Origin: Pseudomonadota bacterium
GTDB taxonomy: Bacteria > Bdellovibrionota_G > JALEGL01 > DATDPG01
NCBI GenBank assembly: GCA_043804515.1
Contig: JAZDIZ010000118.1
Coordinates: forward strand, 1-44,501
DNA length: 44,501 bases
Reading direction: 5' to 3'
The translations under genes and the position numbers were made by a program. Numbering within the stretch: position 1 is the first letter of the stretch; the number at the start of each line of letters is the position of its first letter. The notes beneath the pieces were generated by a model. That model was not told the DNA's origin, ran no database searches, and saw only the letters and a list, made by a program, of their open reading frames with translations. Positions 8,390 through 17,011 of this stretch are shown here, in pieces.

Positions 8390-9499
8390 CTAACGCGAAA
8401 GCCACTCGGCTGCAAGAATCCCGAAGAGCGCCAGGATTACATTGATCGGATAGCGGTTGCGGACGGCGATTTGAAGCACCCGACTGTACCAGGCGGGGCG
8501 TCCCACCATCTGCCGGCTGCGCTGCCCCTCCTTCCATCTGCGAAGGAGGACTCGAAGCGGTTCCTCCACCCCCACGAAGGTTTCCCACGGGTAGAGTACT
8601 TTGAGAAACTGGGCCACCTGCACGTGCTTCGGTTGCGCGTGCATTTTTTTCACCTCGCCCCAGAGATCTTCCGCGAAGGCGATGGCGTTTTCCTGCCTTC
8701 GCGCCTTTTGCGGGGAAAGGGCCCTCCGCACCATCCGTTCGACGGCTTCCGGGACGTCCGAACGGAAATTCTTGAGCGGCGGAACATCGCAGGCGCGCAC
8801 GGCCTTCAGCGTCTCCGTGTCCTGCTCCCTAAGAAACAGGCGCCGCGCGGACAGCATCTCGTACAGCACGATCCCCACGGCGAAAATATCGGACCGGAAA
8901 TCGACCGATTCCCCCCTCGACTGTTCAGGCGACATGTAACTGAATTTGCCGCGGATGATGCCGGGGTTGGTCTGGATCACCTTGTGCTCCGCTTCGGCGA
9001 TGCCGAAATCGGTGATCTTGGCCATTCCGGTCCTCGTCAGGAGGATGTTGGGAGGGCTCACGTCCCGGTGAACGATGCCCAACGGCCGATCGAACCGGTC
9101 CCTCCTCTCGTGGGCGTAATAGAGCCCTTTGAGAACGTCGATGGCGATGATGAGGGCGATATCCGCCGGGAACGGGATGTTGAGTTCCTGTTGGCGGTGG
9201 ATGACGCTGGAGAGCGGCTTGCCGTCGATCCACTCCATGGAAAAGTAGTACGTGTCCTCGACCTTTCCGAAGTCGTACACCTGGACGATGTTCGGATGGC
9301 GGAGGAATGAGACGATCTTGGCCTCGTCCAGAAACATTTGGATGAATTTGGGTTCCTCCGCGAGCGTCGGATGGATGACCTTAATGGCAACGGGTTCGCT
9401 GAAGGAGGTATGGGCTCGATAGATCTCGGCCATGCCTCCGATCGCGATCTTCTCGTCTATGAGGTATTTCCCTAGGCGCTGACCGGAAAGATCCGACAA
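8390..9499 (-). CDS. Hanks-type Ser/Thr protein kinase with C-terminal hydrophobic anchor
   Basis: GGMAEIY, VAIK, HRDVSPPNIL, DFG, GKFSYMSPEQ, SDIFAVG; TTG start. Confidence 0.95.
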   Translation of the reverse strand: MSDLSGQRLGKYLIDEKIAIGGMAEIYRAHTSFSEPVAIKVIHPTLAEEPKFIQMFLDEAKIVSFLRHPNIVQVYDFGKVEDTYYFSMEWIDGKPLSSVIHRQQELNIPFPADIALIIAIDVLKGLYYAHERRDRFDRPLGIVHRDVSPPNILLTRTGMAKITDFGIAEAEHKVIQTNPGIIRGKFSYMSPEQSRGESVDFRSDIFAVGIVLYEMLSARRLFLREQDTETLKAVRACDVPPLKNFRSDVPEAVERMVRRALSPQKARRQENAIAFAEDLWGEVKKMHAQPKHVQVAQFLKVLYPWETFVGVEEPLRVLLRRWKEGQRSRQMVGRPAWYSRVLQIAVRNRYPINVILALFGILAAEWLSR

Positions 9500-9511
9500 A
9501 GCCCCGTAATC

Positions 9512-9733
9512 TTACCCGATGACGTCGGAAATCGCTTGTTCGTCGAGTTCTTTGGAGAAATATACTTTTTCGCCCGCGATCTCGCGGAGTGCCGTGACGA
9601 TAAACTTGTTCTTGGAGCGTATCAGGGGGCTGGATCCCTTGAGGAGTTGCCGCGCCCGCTGTGTCGCCAGGTGGACAAGGGCGAACCGGTTCGGGATCTC
9701 GTTCAAACAGTCTTCGATCGTAATGCGCGCCAT
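9512..9733 (-). CDS. rpoZ: RNA polymerase omega subunit
   Basis: [10 protein letters not shown]...NRFALV...RARQL...ALREIA. Confidence 0.97.
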   Translation of the reverse strand: MARITIEDCLNEIPNRFALVHLATQRARQLLKGSSPLIRSKNKFIVTALREIAGEKVYFSKELDEQAISDVIG

Positions 9734-9746
9734 AGTGAGGGGCCGG

Positions 9747-9776
9747 GGAATACCGGGAAAGGCCCTGTCCTGTCAA
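9747..9776 (-). promoter_or_regulatory. Possible sigma-70 promoter for rpoZ
   Basis: Perfect TTGACA (9771-9776) with a weak -10 (TATTCC) 18 nt downstream. Confidence 0.4.
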
Positions 9777-9814
9777 GTGGTTCGGCCGGTTAGCCCTGAA
9801 TTACCCGGGAGAAG

Positions 9815-10429
9815 TCACACGAACGGTTTGAGGAGGTTGGCGTGCCGGGAGAGTTTGTGGCGCTCGGCCTCGATGATCGCCGACAGATCCCGAACGGCCC
9901 GTGAAAGGCGGTCGTTTACGATTACGTAATCGTACCACGTGACGGCCCTCACCTCTTTCTTGGCGACTCCCAGTCTCCGGATCCCTTCCTGAGTCACCTT
10001 CCCCGATCTTCCGAAAATCCTCTTTTTTAGATCCGCCAGACTCGGAGGGAGGATCAGGATAAACACCGCGTTCACGAATTTCTTTCGGATCGCGCGCCCC
10101 CCCCGCCCTTCGATCACCAGGACGACGTCGCCTTTCCGGGTCCGTTGCCGCACCGTCGCGACGGACGTGCCGTAGTAATGCCCGTACACCGTCGTCCATT
10201 CCAGGAAGGCGGAGCGTCGGATCATGGATCGGAAAGTCCGCCCGCTTACGAAGTGGTAGTCCCGCCCGTTCTTTTCTCCTCGGCGGGGCAGGCGAGTCGT
10301 GTGAGAGATGGTTTTCGAGATCCCGCGTGCGCTTTTGAGATAATCCGTCACCACCGTGGTTTTCCCCGCCCCCGACGGCGCCGACACCACAAAGAGAATC
10401 CCTTTATTCGAGGTTCTGGGCTTGTTCAC
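9815..10429 (-). CDS. gmk: Guanylate kinase
   Basis: SAPSGAGKTT P-loop, SHTTRLPRRGE, DYHFV, FLEW, YYGT, YDYVIVND; yicC-gmk-rpoZ synteny. Confidence 0.95.
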   Translation of the reverse strand: MNKPRTSNKGILFVVSAPSGAGKTTVVTDYLKSARGISKTISHTTRLPRRGEKNGRDYHFVSGRTFRSMIRRSAFLEWTTVYGHYYGTSVATVRQRTRKGDVVLVIEGRGGRAIRKKFVNAVFILILPPSLADLKKRIFGRSGKVTQEGIRRLGVAKKEVRAVTWYDYVIVNDRLSRAVRDLSAIIEAERHKLSRHANLLKPFV

Positions 10430-11267
10430 GGATCTTTTCCGCCTCCGCTTTCATCAATACTACCGTTTCCGTCACGCCGATGTCCGTGGCTTTGGAGCCG
10501 ATCGTGTTCACCTCGCGGTGTATTTCCTGGAGAAGAAAATCGATCTGCCTTCCCGATGCCTTCCGGCTCCCGACCAAATCCATCAGCGTTCTAAGATGCT
10601 CCCGCAAGCGAACGAGCTCTTCCGTCACGTCCGCTTTATCCGCCAGAAGCGCGAGTTCAACCTCCAGGCGGGAGGAATCCACGGGCTTGCCGTTCAGAAG
10701 CTGTGAGACCCTTTCCCGAAGTTTCGCAAGCCGGATTCCCGCTGTTTGAGCCGCCTTTTGCGCGACATCTTCGACCGCCTCCTGCATGATCCGGACGCGG
10801 CGCCGGACATCCTTTCCGAGCGCTTCCCCCTCTTTGATCCTGAATGTTTTGAGCCGGGCCAGCGCTTGATCCGCCGCTTTCAGGAGAATCTTTCGCGCCT
10901 CTTCCTCCTTGAACGCACCTTCCGATTGAGAGTTGTTGTTGAGCGCCGTCTCCAAGCGCACGGGCTGGGGAATCCCGAGTTTTTTCCTGATCCGATCCAG
11001 CCTTTTCCATCGTTTTACTACTTGGGCCTCGTCGATCTCCGATGCCCCCGCCCCTTTCGGCTCGACTTTGAGCACCACATCGAACTTCCCGCGATCGAAT
11101 TCCCCCCGGATCCGCGCCGCCAGAATATGTTCCAGCTCCAGGAAATCTTTCGGGGCCTGGAATCGGACCTCGCAAAAACGGTTGTTGACCGATCGCACTT
11201 CGACCACGAACCGGAGACGCCCCGCCTGGACCATTCCCCTGCCGAACCCTGTCATGCTCGCAGGCAT
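10404..11267 (-). CDS. yicC: YicC/YloC family endoribonuclease
   Basis: SMTGFGRG, EVRSVNNRF, DVTEELVRL, GRQIDFLLQEIHREVNTIGSK, EKIREQAQNLE. Confidence 0.95.
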   Translation of the reverse strand: MPASMTGFGRGMVQAGRLRFVVEVRSVNNRFCEVRFQAPKDFLELEHILAARIRGEFDRGKFDVVLKVEPKGAGASEIDEAQVVKRWKRLDRIRKKLGIPQPVRLETALNNNSQSEGAFKEEEARKILLKAADQALARLKTFRIKEGEALGKDVRRRVRIMQEAVEDVAQKAAQTAGIRLAKLRERVSQLLNGKPVDSSRLEVELALLADKADVTEELVRLREHLRTLMDLVGSRKASGRQIDFLLQEIHREVNTIGSKATDIGVTETVVLMKAEAEKIREQAQNLE

Positions 11268-11276
11268 AGCTTTTTC

Positions 11277-11702
11277 TTAGTTCCTCCGCTTCAAGAGCAC
11301 AACTACAAACGCGATGGCCGCGTCGTCCTTGTGCGAAAGGGAAAGAAAGACCTCGTGTGTCCGGAAGAAGCGGCGAACCGGCGGACGGGACGATCGGGCT
11401 TTCAAAAAGGGCCGCCCGGCGGGCGTGTGAGCCACCTCGGCGTCCGAGATCAGAATGCGCGCGTGCGGATTTGCAGCTTTGATCAGCGCTTCCTTGGCGC
11501 AGAATCGGGCCGCAAAACGGGGTGCTGGATCCTTGAACCGGCGACAATAAGCGATTTCAGACGGGGAAAAAACGCGGCGAAAGAAGGTGGCGTCCCGGCG
11601 GGCCTTTTTTTTTCGGAACGGCGCGACCTTCTCCAGATCCACGCCTGTCCCGACCCAGGCGGAAGCTTTAAGCCGGCGTTGAATCAAGCGATTGGGCTTC
11701 AT
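11277..11702 (-). CDS. acpS: Holo-[acyl-carrier-protein] synthase
   Basis: GTGVDL, FAARFCAKEALIKA, GRP, LSLSH. Alternative GTG start near 11654. Confidence 0.92.
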   Translation of the reverse strand: MKPNRLIQRRLKASAWVGTGVDLEKVAPFRKKKARRDATFFRRVFSPSEIAYCRRFKDPAPRFAARFCAKEALIKAANPHARILISDAEVAHTPAGRPFLKARSSRPPVRRFFRTHEVFLSLSHKDDAAIAFVVVLLKRRN

Positions 11703-11847
11703 CGATAAGCATTACGGGGATGTCGCCCTCCACCCGATAGCGGAGGCGGCATTTGGGACAATCGAGCGCGCTGGACTCCCGTTCGTATGTAAGATCCCCC
11801 TTGCACTTGGGGCATACCAGGATGTCCAGCAACTCCTTGGAAAGCAT
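11668..11847 (-). CDS. Trm112/YcaR family small Zn-binding protein
   Basis: MLSKELLDILVCPKCKGDL...CPKC...Y.V...IPVMLIDEA; ATG at 11847 lies inside the longer called ORF. Confidence 0.92.
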   Translation of the reverse strand: MLSKELLDILVCPKCKGDLTYERESSALDCPKCRLRYRVEGDIPVMLIDEAQSLDSTPA

Positions 11848-11944
11848 GACCGGAATGTAGCCCAGTTTTCGCCTTCCCGGAAGAAGACGCCGCCGGCTTT
11901 GAAGAAAGACAAGCCTTCTGACTGCGGGTAACATCCGGGCCGTC

Positions 11945-12235
11945 ATGCGCTTCCAAGTCCGGATCGGCCGGAACGTGTCCGTTTCGGAGAACTGTTCGAT
12001 CGGAAATTGCTCGATCGGCGACCGCGCATCCGTCGGCAGGGCTTGTGTCATCGAAGACGACGCTTTCGTGGGTCCAAGCGTTCGGATCGGCGCTGGCTGT
12101 ATTATCGGAAAAGGGGCCCGGATCGGCTCCGGGGCCCGTCTGGGTATGGGCGTTATCGTGGCCGAAGGGGGACGAATCAAGCCCCACGCGGCGGTGCCGT
12201 CCGGTAAGGTCATCCAGGCCAAATCGTCGTCCTAA
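11945..12235 (+). CDS. Hexapeptide-repeat (left-handed beta-helix) protein
   Basis: Continuous [LIV]-G-x4 repeats (IGRNVS, IGNCS, IGDRAS, VGRACV, IGAGCI, IGKGAR, IGSGAR). Confidence 0.75.
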   Translation: MRFQVRIGRNVSVSENCSIGNCSIGDRASVGRACVIEDDAFVGPSVRIGAGCIIGKGARIGSGARLGMGVIVAEGGRIKPHAAVPSGKVIQAKSSS

Positions 12236-12320
12236 ATCGGAGGCCTGTTGCCTCTTTCGGGAAGATGGTTAGGCTATCGAAGGGATTGAGGTTTTTGTAG
12301 ATTCAATGCGTTAATGTAGC

Positions 12321-13451
12321 ATGTCAATCGTGTCTCGGAAGTCGGTGCCTCTCTCGCGCCCGGACCACCCGGACGATCCGGCTGCGCTTCTTAACACTCT
12401 TCGGGAAATCGTCCTCTCCGGCCGTTGGACGGAAGGGGAATACGCCAAGTCGTTCGAGCAGCACGTAGCCGAAGACTGCGGATCCATATACGCCGTGGCG
12501 GCGAATTCGGGCACCTCCGCCCTGGAGATGATCTGCGAAGCCGCCGAATTCGGCGAGGACGACGAGATCATCTGCCCTTCGTACACGTTCATCGCCACCG
12601 TCAACGCCGTTCTAGGCACGGGCGCGAAGCCGGTGTTCGCCGACATCGATCCGCTCACTTTCAATCTCGACCTGAACGACGTGGAACGGAAGCTCTCCCC
12701 TAAGACAAAGGGCGTGGTTCTCGTGCACCAGTTCGGAATTCCCTCGGACGGCCGGATGTTCCAGGAATTCTGCAAGGCGCACCACCTGGTGCTGATCGAG
12801 GACGCCGCGTGCGGTCTTGGTTCCAAAGTGCGGGGAAAATGCGTCGGGACGTTCGGTCTGGCCGGACTTTTGAGCTTCCACCCCAGGAAGGTGCTCTCCA
12901 CGGGTGAGGGCGGGATGATCCTCACGGACGACGAGGCCCTGGCAACGCGGGCCCGGTCGATCGGCAACCACGGGCGGAGCGAAGGCGCCGGTCGGACCCC
13001 GGTACGGGTCGGCCACAATTATCGGATGAGCGAATTCCAGGCGGCTCTAGGCCTTTGGGCGCTGGATCACGTGGCCGAGGCCGTGGCCCGTCGAGTGGCG
13101 GCCGCGCATCGCTACGAACAGGCGTTGCGCGACGTGAAGCAAACCACACTAATTCACGAGCCCTCCGGCACCGAGTGGAACCGCCAGAGTTATCCGGTCC
13201 GCGTTCCGGGGGAAGTTCGGAATCTGATCATGGAAGCTTTGCAAAAGGACGGCATCGAAACCAGCCCCGGGCCCCTTCCCGCCAATCTCCACCCGTTCAT
13301 CGAGCACATGCTCCACCCCCCCCGGTTGCCGGAGACCGAACGGGCGCACGCCGAAACGATTTTGCTTCCGATGTACGCGGCGATCACGGCTGAAGATCAG
13401 GAGCGCGTCGCCGCGTCCCTCAAACTCGCCTTTCGCCGGATTGTCGGCTAA
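12321..13451 (+). CDS. DegT/DnrJ/EryC1/StrS family PLP-dependent sugar aminotransferase
   Basis: NSGTSAL, PSYTFIAT, LIEDAACGLG, SFHPRKVLSTGEGG (PLP Lys), NYRMSEFQAALG. Confidence 0.95.
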   Translation: MSIVSRKSVPLSRPDHPDDPAALLNTLREIVLSGRWTEGEYAKSFEQHVAEDCGSIYAVAANSGTSALEMICEAAEFGEDDEIICPSYTFIATVNAVLGTGAKPVFADIDPLTFNLDLNDVERKLSPKTKGVVLVHQFGIPSDGRMFQEFCKAHHLVLIEDAACGLGSKVRGKCVGTFGLAGLLSFHPRKVLSTGEGGMILTDDEALATRARSIGNHGRSEGAGRTPVRVGHNYRMSEFQAALGLWALDHVAEAVARRVAAAHRYEQALRDVKQTTLIHEPSGTEWNRQSYPVRVPGEVRNLIMEALQKDGIETSPGPLPANLHPFIEHMLHPPRLPETERAHAETILLPMYAAITAEDQERVAASLKLAFRRIVG

Positions 13452-13463
13452 TCATCGGGGGCC

Positions 13464-14438
13464 ATGCGGATCCTAATCACGGGCGGCGCGGGTTTTATCG
13501 GGTCGCACCTCGCCGAACATCTTCTCACTGAAAGCCACACGGTGGTCGCCGTGGACGATCTGTCGACGGGCAGCGTTCGGAATCTTCTCCGCCTCCAGAA
13601 GAATCGGGACTTTCGGCTGGTGGCCGAAACCATCCTGGACCACGACACGATGGACGACCTTGTGGAACAGTGCGACCTCGTTTATCACCTCGCCGCCGCC
13701 GTGGGCGTGAAACTCATCGTGAACGAGCCGGTCCGGACGATCCAGACCAACATTCGCGGGACCGAGATCATGCTCGAGCTGGCCAACAAATGGCGCAAGC
13801 CGATTCTCCTCACTTCCACGTCCGAAGTGTACGGAAAGAACACCAAAAGCCCTTTTTCCGAAGACGACGACATGGTGTTGGGCTCCACGCGCCAATCCCG
13901 GTGGAGCTACGCGTGCTCCAAGGCCATCGACGAGTTCCTGGCCATCGCCTATCACCGCAAAACGGGTCTTCCCGTGATTACCGTTCGTCTATTCAACACT
14001 GTCGGGCCCCGCCAGACTTCGCGTTACGGGATGGTTCTCCCCACGTTCGTCCGCCAGGCGCTCCGAAACGAGGCGATCACGGTATACGGTGACGGGGAAC
14101 AATCCCGGACCTTTACGTACGTCACTGACGTGGTTCGAGTGCTCGGCCAGCTCCCGCTCAAAGAAGAAGCTTTCGGCGAGGTCTTTAACGTCGGAGGAAA
14201 CCAGGAGATCTCGATCCGCGGCTTGGCGGATCTCGTGAAAGTACGCACAAAGTCCACCTCACAGATTGTCTTCGTCCCATACGACCAAGCGTACGCGCCC
14301 GGATTCGAGGATATGCCCCGCCGCGTTCCCGACATATCCAAGATCCGACGCATCATCGGCTACGAGCCTCGGATCGGCCTCGAGGAGATCGTCGACCGGG
14401 TGATCGAGTACTTCCGGAACGACCCCGACCTCGTCTAA
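13464..14438 (+). CDS. NAD-dependent nucleotide-sugar epimerase/dehydratase/decarboxylase (extended SDR)
   Basis: ITGGAGFIGSHL, HLAAAVGV, TSTSEVYG, RWSYACSK (YxxxK), RLFNTVGPRQ. Confidence 0.93.
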   Translation: MRILITGGAGFIGSHLAEHLLTESHTVVAVDDLSTGSVRNLLRLQKNRDFRLVAETILDHDTMDDLVEQCDLVYHLAAAVGVKLIVNEPVRTIQTNIRGTEIMLELANKWRKPILLTSTSEVYGKNTKSPFSEDDDMVLGSTRQSRWSYACSKAIDEFLAIAYHRKTGLPVITVRLFNTVGPRQTSRYGMVLPTFVRQALRNEAITVYGDGEQSRTFTYVTDVVRVLGQLPLKEEAFGEVFNVGGNQEISIRGLADLVKVRTKSTSQIVFVPYDQAYAPGFEDMPRRVPDISKIRRIIGYEPRIGLEEIVDRVIEYFRNDPDLV

Positions 14439-14502
14439 ACGCAGCAAAGCGTTTCAGCCGATTATTTGCCAGTTAACCTGGGTTCCATTAAAAACGACGG
14501 CT

Positions 14503-15504
14503 ATGCCGCAACCCGTGAGAAGTATGATTACAGGTGTCTCGATGTTCTACCCGGACCGTGTCGTCACGAACAAGGATCTGGAGAAGCTGGTCGACACGTC
14601 GGATGAATGGATTCAGACCCGTACTGGAATCAAAGAAAGGCATTGGGTCGAGAAGGGACAGGCCGCCAGCGATCTGGGCACCGAAGCCGTCAAGCTCCTC
14701 CTCAAACAGACGGGGACGAAGCCGGAAGAGATCGACCTTACGATCGTCGCGACGGTCACTCCCGACATGCTCTTTCCCTCCACCGCGATCCTGATTCAGC
14801 ACAAGGTCGGGATGAAGAACACCTGGGGGTTCGATCTTGTCGCGGCGTGTTCCAGCTTCATCTATGCGCTCACCGTAGCCGACCAATTCATCCGGTCCGG
14901 AAAACACAAGAAGGTGATCGTCTGCGGCGTGGACATCATGAGTTCAATCATCGACCTTTCGGACCGGAACACGTGCGTGCTGTTCGGTGACGGCGCCGGG
15001 GCCGTCCTGCTGGAACCTACGCCCGAGGCCACGGAATTGGGCATCCTGGACACCGTCGCCCATGTGGACGGCTCGGGTGCTCCTTACCTCTATATGCCCG
15101 GCGGCGGGAGCCTGAATCCGCCGACGGCGGAAACCATCGCCAAGAAGATGCACGTCATCCACCAGGACGGGAAGACGGTGTTCAAGTGGGCCGTCGCCGA
15201 AATGGCCCGCGTTTCGGAGGAGATCCTGACAAAAAACGGTTTTACGGCTAAAGATGTCGATATATTCGTGGCCCATCAGGCGAACCTTCGGATCATCGAA
15301 TCCACGCAGAAACGCCTGGGCCTTCCCGACGAAAAAGTCGTCGTGACGATCGACAAGTACGCCAATTGCACGTCCGCCACGATGCCCACATGCCTCGCCG
15401 TCGCCGCGAACGACGGCCGTTTGAAAAAGGGGCATTTGGTGGTTCTGGCGGCGTTCGGCGCCGGGTTTACCTGGGGTTCCTCGCTGATCCGCTGGGCGTA
15501 CTGA
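14503..15504 (+). CDS. fabH: Beta-ketoacyl-ACP synthase III
   Basis: DTSDEWIQTRTGIKER, AACSSF (Cys), LFGDGAGA, HQAN (His), YANCTSA (Asn), FGAGFTWG. Confidence 0.95.
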   Translation: MPQPVRSMITGVSMFYPDRVVTNKDLEKLVDTSDEWIQTRTGIKERHWVEKGQAASDLGTEAVKLLLKQTGTKPEEIDLTIVATVTPDMLFPSTAILIQHKVGMKNTWGFDLVAACSSFIYALTVADQFIRSGKHKKVIVCGVDIMSSIIDLSDRNTCVLFGDGAGAVLLEPTPEATELGILDTVAHVDGSGAPYLYMPGGGSLNPPTAETIAKKMHVIHQDGKTVFKWAVAEMARVSEEILTKNGFTAKDVDIFVAHQANLRIIESTQKRLGLPDEKVVVTIDKYANCTSATMPTCLAVAANDGRLKKGHLVVLAAFGAGFTWGSSLIRWAY

Positions 15505-15513
15505 CGACGCGCC

Positions 15514-16875
15514 TCAATTCGCCGTATAGAAGTGCCCTTCCGCAGCCGGGGCGCTGGCCCAAATCGTCGACGGAGTCGGATTCGGCGCGTAGCCATCCAT
15601 AAAAATTCCGGTTTTCCGCCACACGAGATGCAAATACCGGCCGGAGAACGTGAAATTCGGATCGATGACGAGAAGCGTGGCCCGATCCAAGCTCGCACGG
15701 ACAAGAACGGAATGGACGAGTCCGCCGGATGTGTGGATTCCGACTTGAATCGTGCCGTGCTCTTCCGTCTGTTCGCGAAGCTGATCGAAGGCGTCGACCT
15801 TCGAAATCTTCGGCTTCATTCCAAAAAACTCCTGGGCACGCCGCCGAAAGCCCTGCATCCCGTATTGCAGACCCTCGATGAGCGATTGCGTCCGCCCATC
15901 CAGAAGGACCCGTTGTGTCGCGGCGGTGGCCGCTTGCCCCAAAGGTCCCCAACCCGGCTTTCCTTGAAAATGAAAGTACGTGTTCTCCAACAACGTGAGG
16001 TACTCGGGATGCAGCGCCGTTAACTCCCGAAGGTTGGAAAATCCAGGAATCACGAACCGTTTGGAGCGCCGGTCAAACTTGAAACCCTTCGCTTTGAGGG
16101 AATGTCCCGTGGCATCCATCAGAACGTCGTAGTCGAACAATGCTCTTATTCTCTCGTTGGAAGGCCGGCGGCCGCGTTTGAAAAAAAGAAAATTGCGCGC
16201 CATGTGCAGGGCATAATTGGTCATTCCCCAACAAACCCCCGCGGGTTGTTCCAAAGCACCGCCGTTCGGATAGAAGGGAAAATCCTCCATTGTGACTTCC
16301 AAATAGCCGGGGGGTCTCGGATTAGGGGGCGCGGCGGGGGCGGGGCAGAAATCGCCGACACATCCTCCGCTTCGATCTTCCGTCAGAATCAACTGAATCC
16401 AATTCATCCCTTCGCACTGAGCCTCGCGCTTCAGAACGGACCAATAGAAATCCGTTTCGACCTGCGTCAGAACGTCAACCATGAGGGAAACAATTCTTTG
16501 GGTTTGCGTGTCGGAAAAATAGCACTGGATAGAGCGGGGTCGGCCCAGGACAAAACCGAAAATGGCCCTGGCTTGAGACAAGACACGAAGCGTTCTCAGC
16601 GGAGTTTTCGAACTGCGGAACCCTTTCAGCTTGGCGAGAGTTAGGTCGATCAGATAGCTTCGTTCCTCCGCTACATCGAGTTCGCCTCTTTTCTCTAAGT
16701 CCCCCAATTCGAATTGCATTCGGTCCACCGGAAACGAATTTTCGGCGTCGAGCCAAAATTTAATGCGGGCTTCAAGTTTTCCCGGGGCGGCGGGCGCGTT
16801 TGCAGGCAGAAAGATAAGGCTGCTCCAAAGGCTCAACAGGGCGCCGATGAATCGCGTTCGAAACGATGCGGACAT
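15514..16875 (-). CDS. Secreted hypothetical protein with putative papain-like (YopT/C58-type) Cys-His-Asp domain
   Basis: Signal peptide; motifs GVCWGM (C215), HSVLV (H388), VIDPNF (D405). The ORF is secure; the function is inferred. Confidence 0.6.
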   Translation of the reverse strand: MSASFRTRFIGALLSLWSSLIFLPANAPAAPGKLEARIKFWLDAENSFPVDRMQFELGDLEKRGELDVAEERSYLIDLTLAKLKGFRSSKTPLRTLRVLSQARAIFGFVLGRPRSIQCYFSDTQTQRIVSLMVDVLTQVETDFYWSVLKREAQCEGMNWIQLILTEDRSGGCVGDFCPAPAAPPNPRPPGYLEVTMEDFPFYPNGGALEQPAGVCWGMTNYALHMARNFLFFKRGRRPSNERIRALFDYDVLMDATGHSLKAKGFKFDRRSKRFVIPGFSNLRELTALHPEYLTLLENTYFHFQGKPGWGPLGQAATAATQRVLLDGRTQSLIEGLQYGMQGFRRRAQEFFGMKPKISKVDAFDQLREQTEEHGTIQVGIHTSGGLVHSVLVRASLDRATLLVIDPNFTFSGRYLHLVWRKTGIFMDGYAPNPTPSTIWASAPAAEGHFYTAN

Positions 16876-16892
16876 ACGTTAGATAGGGAGAA

Positions 16893-16908
16893 AGCAATCG
16901 GAATGCCA
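16893..16908 (-). promoter_or_regulatory. Sigma-54 (-24/-12) promoter
   Basis: TGGCATTCCGATTGCT: GG-N10-GC with TGGCA and TTGC, 17 nt upstream of the start at 16875. Confidence 0.75.
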
Positions 16909-17011
16909 AACCTGCTTGATCCAACCGCCTGTTTTTACTCGACTTTTTTCGAAGGCTTCCTCAAGTTCCCCGGAAGAAATCTACTGCTGGGTATGCAATG
17001 GGTCAATCCGC

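Noticed and set aside
7691..9310. Long plus-strand ORF (539 aa), and similar ORFs at 26317..27888, 28913..30325, 31218..32864, 36035..37768, 37930..39540
   Set aside because: Antisense shadows of well-identified genes, expected in high-GC DNA; no motifs.
11848..12222. N-terminal extension of the Trm112 ORF
   Set aside because: It is antisense to the LbH gene; family similarity starts at ATG 11847, which has its own -10 element.
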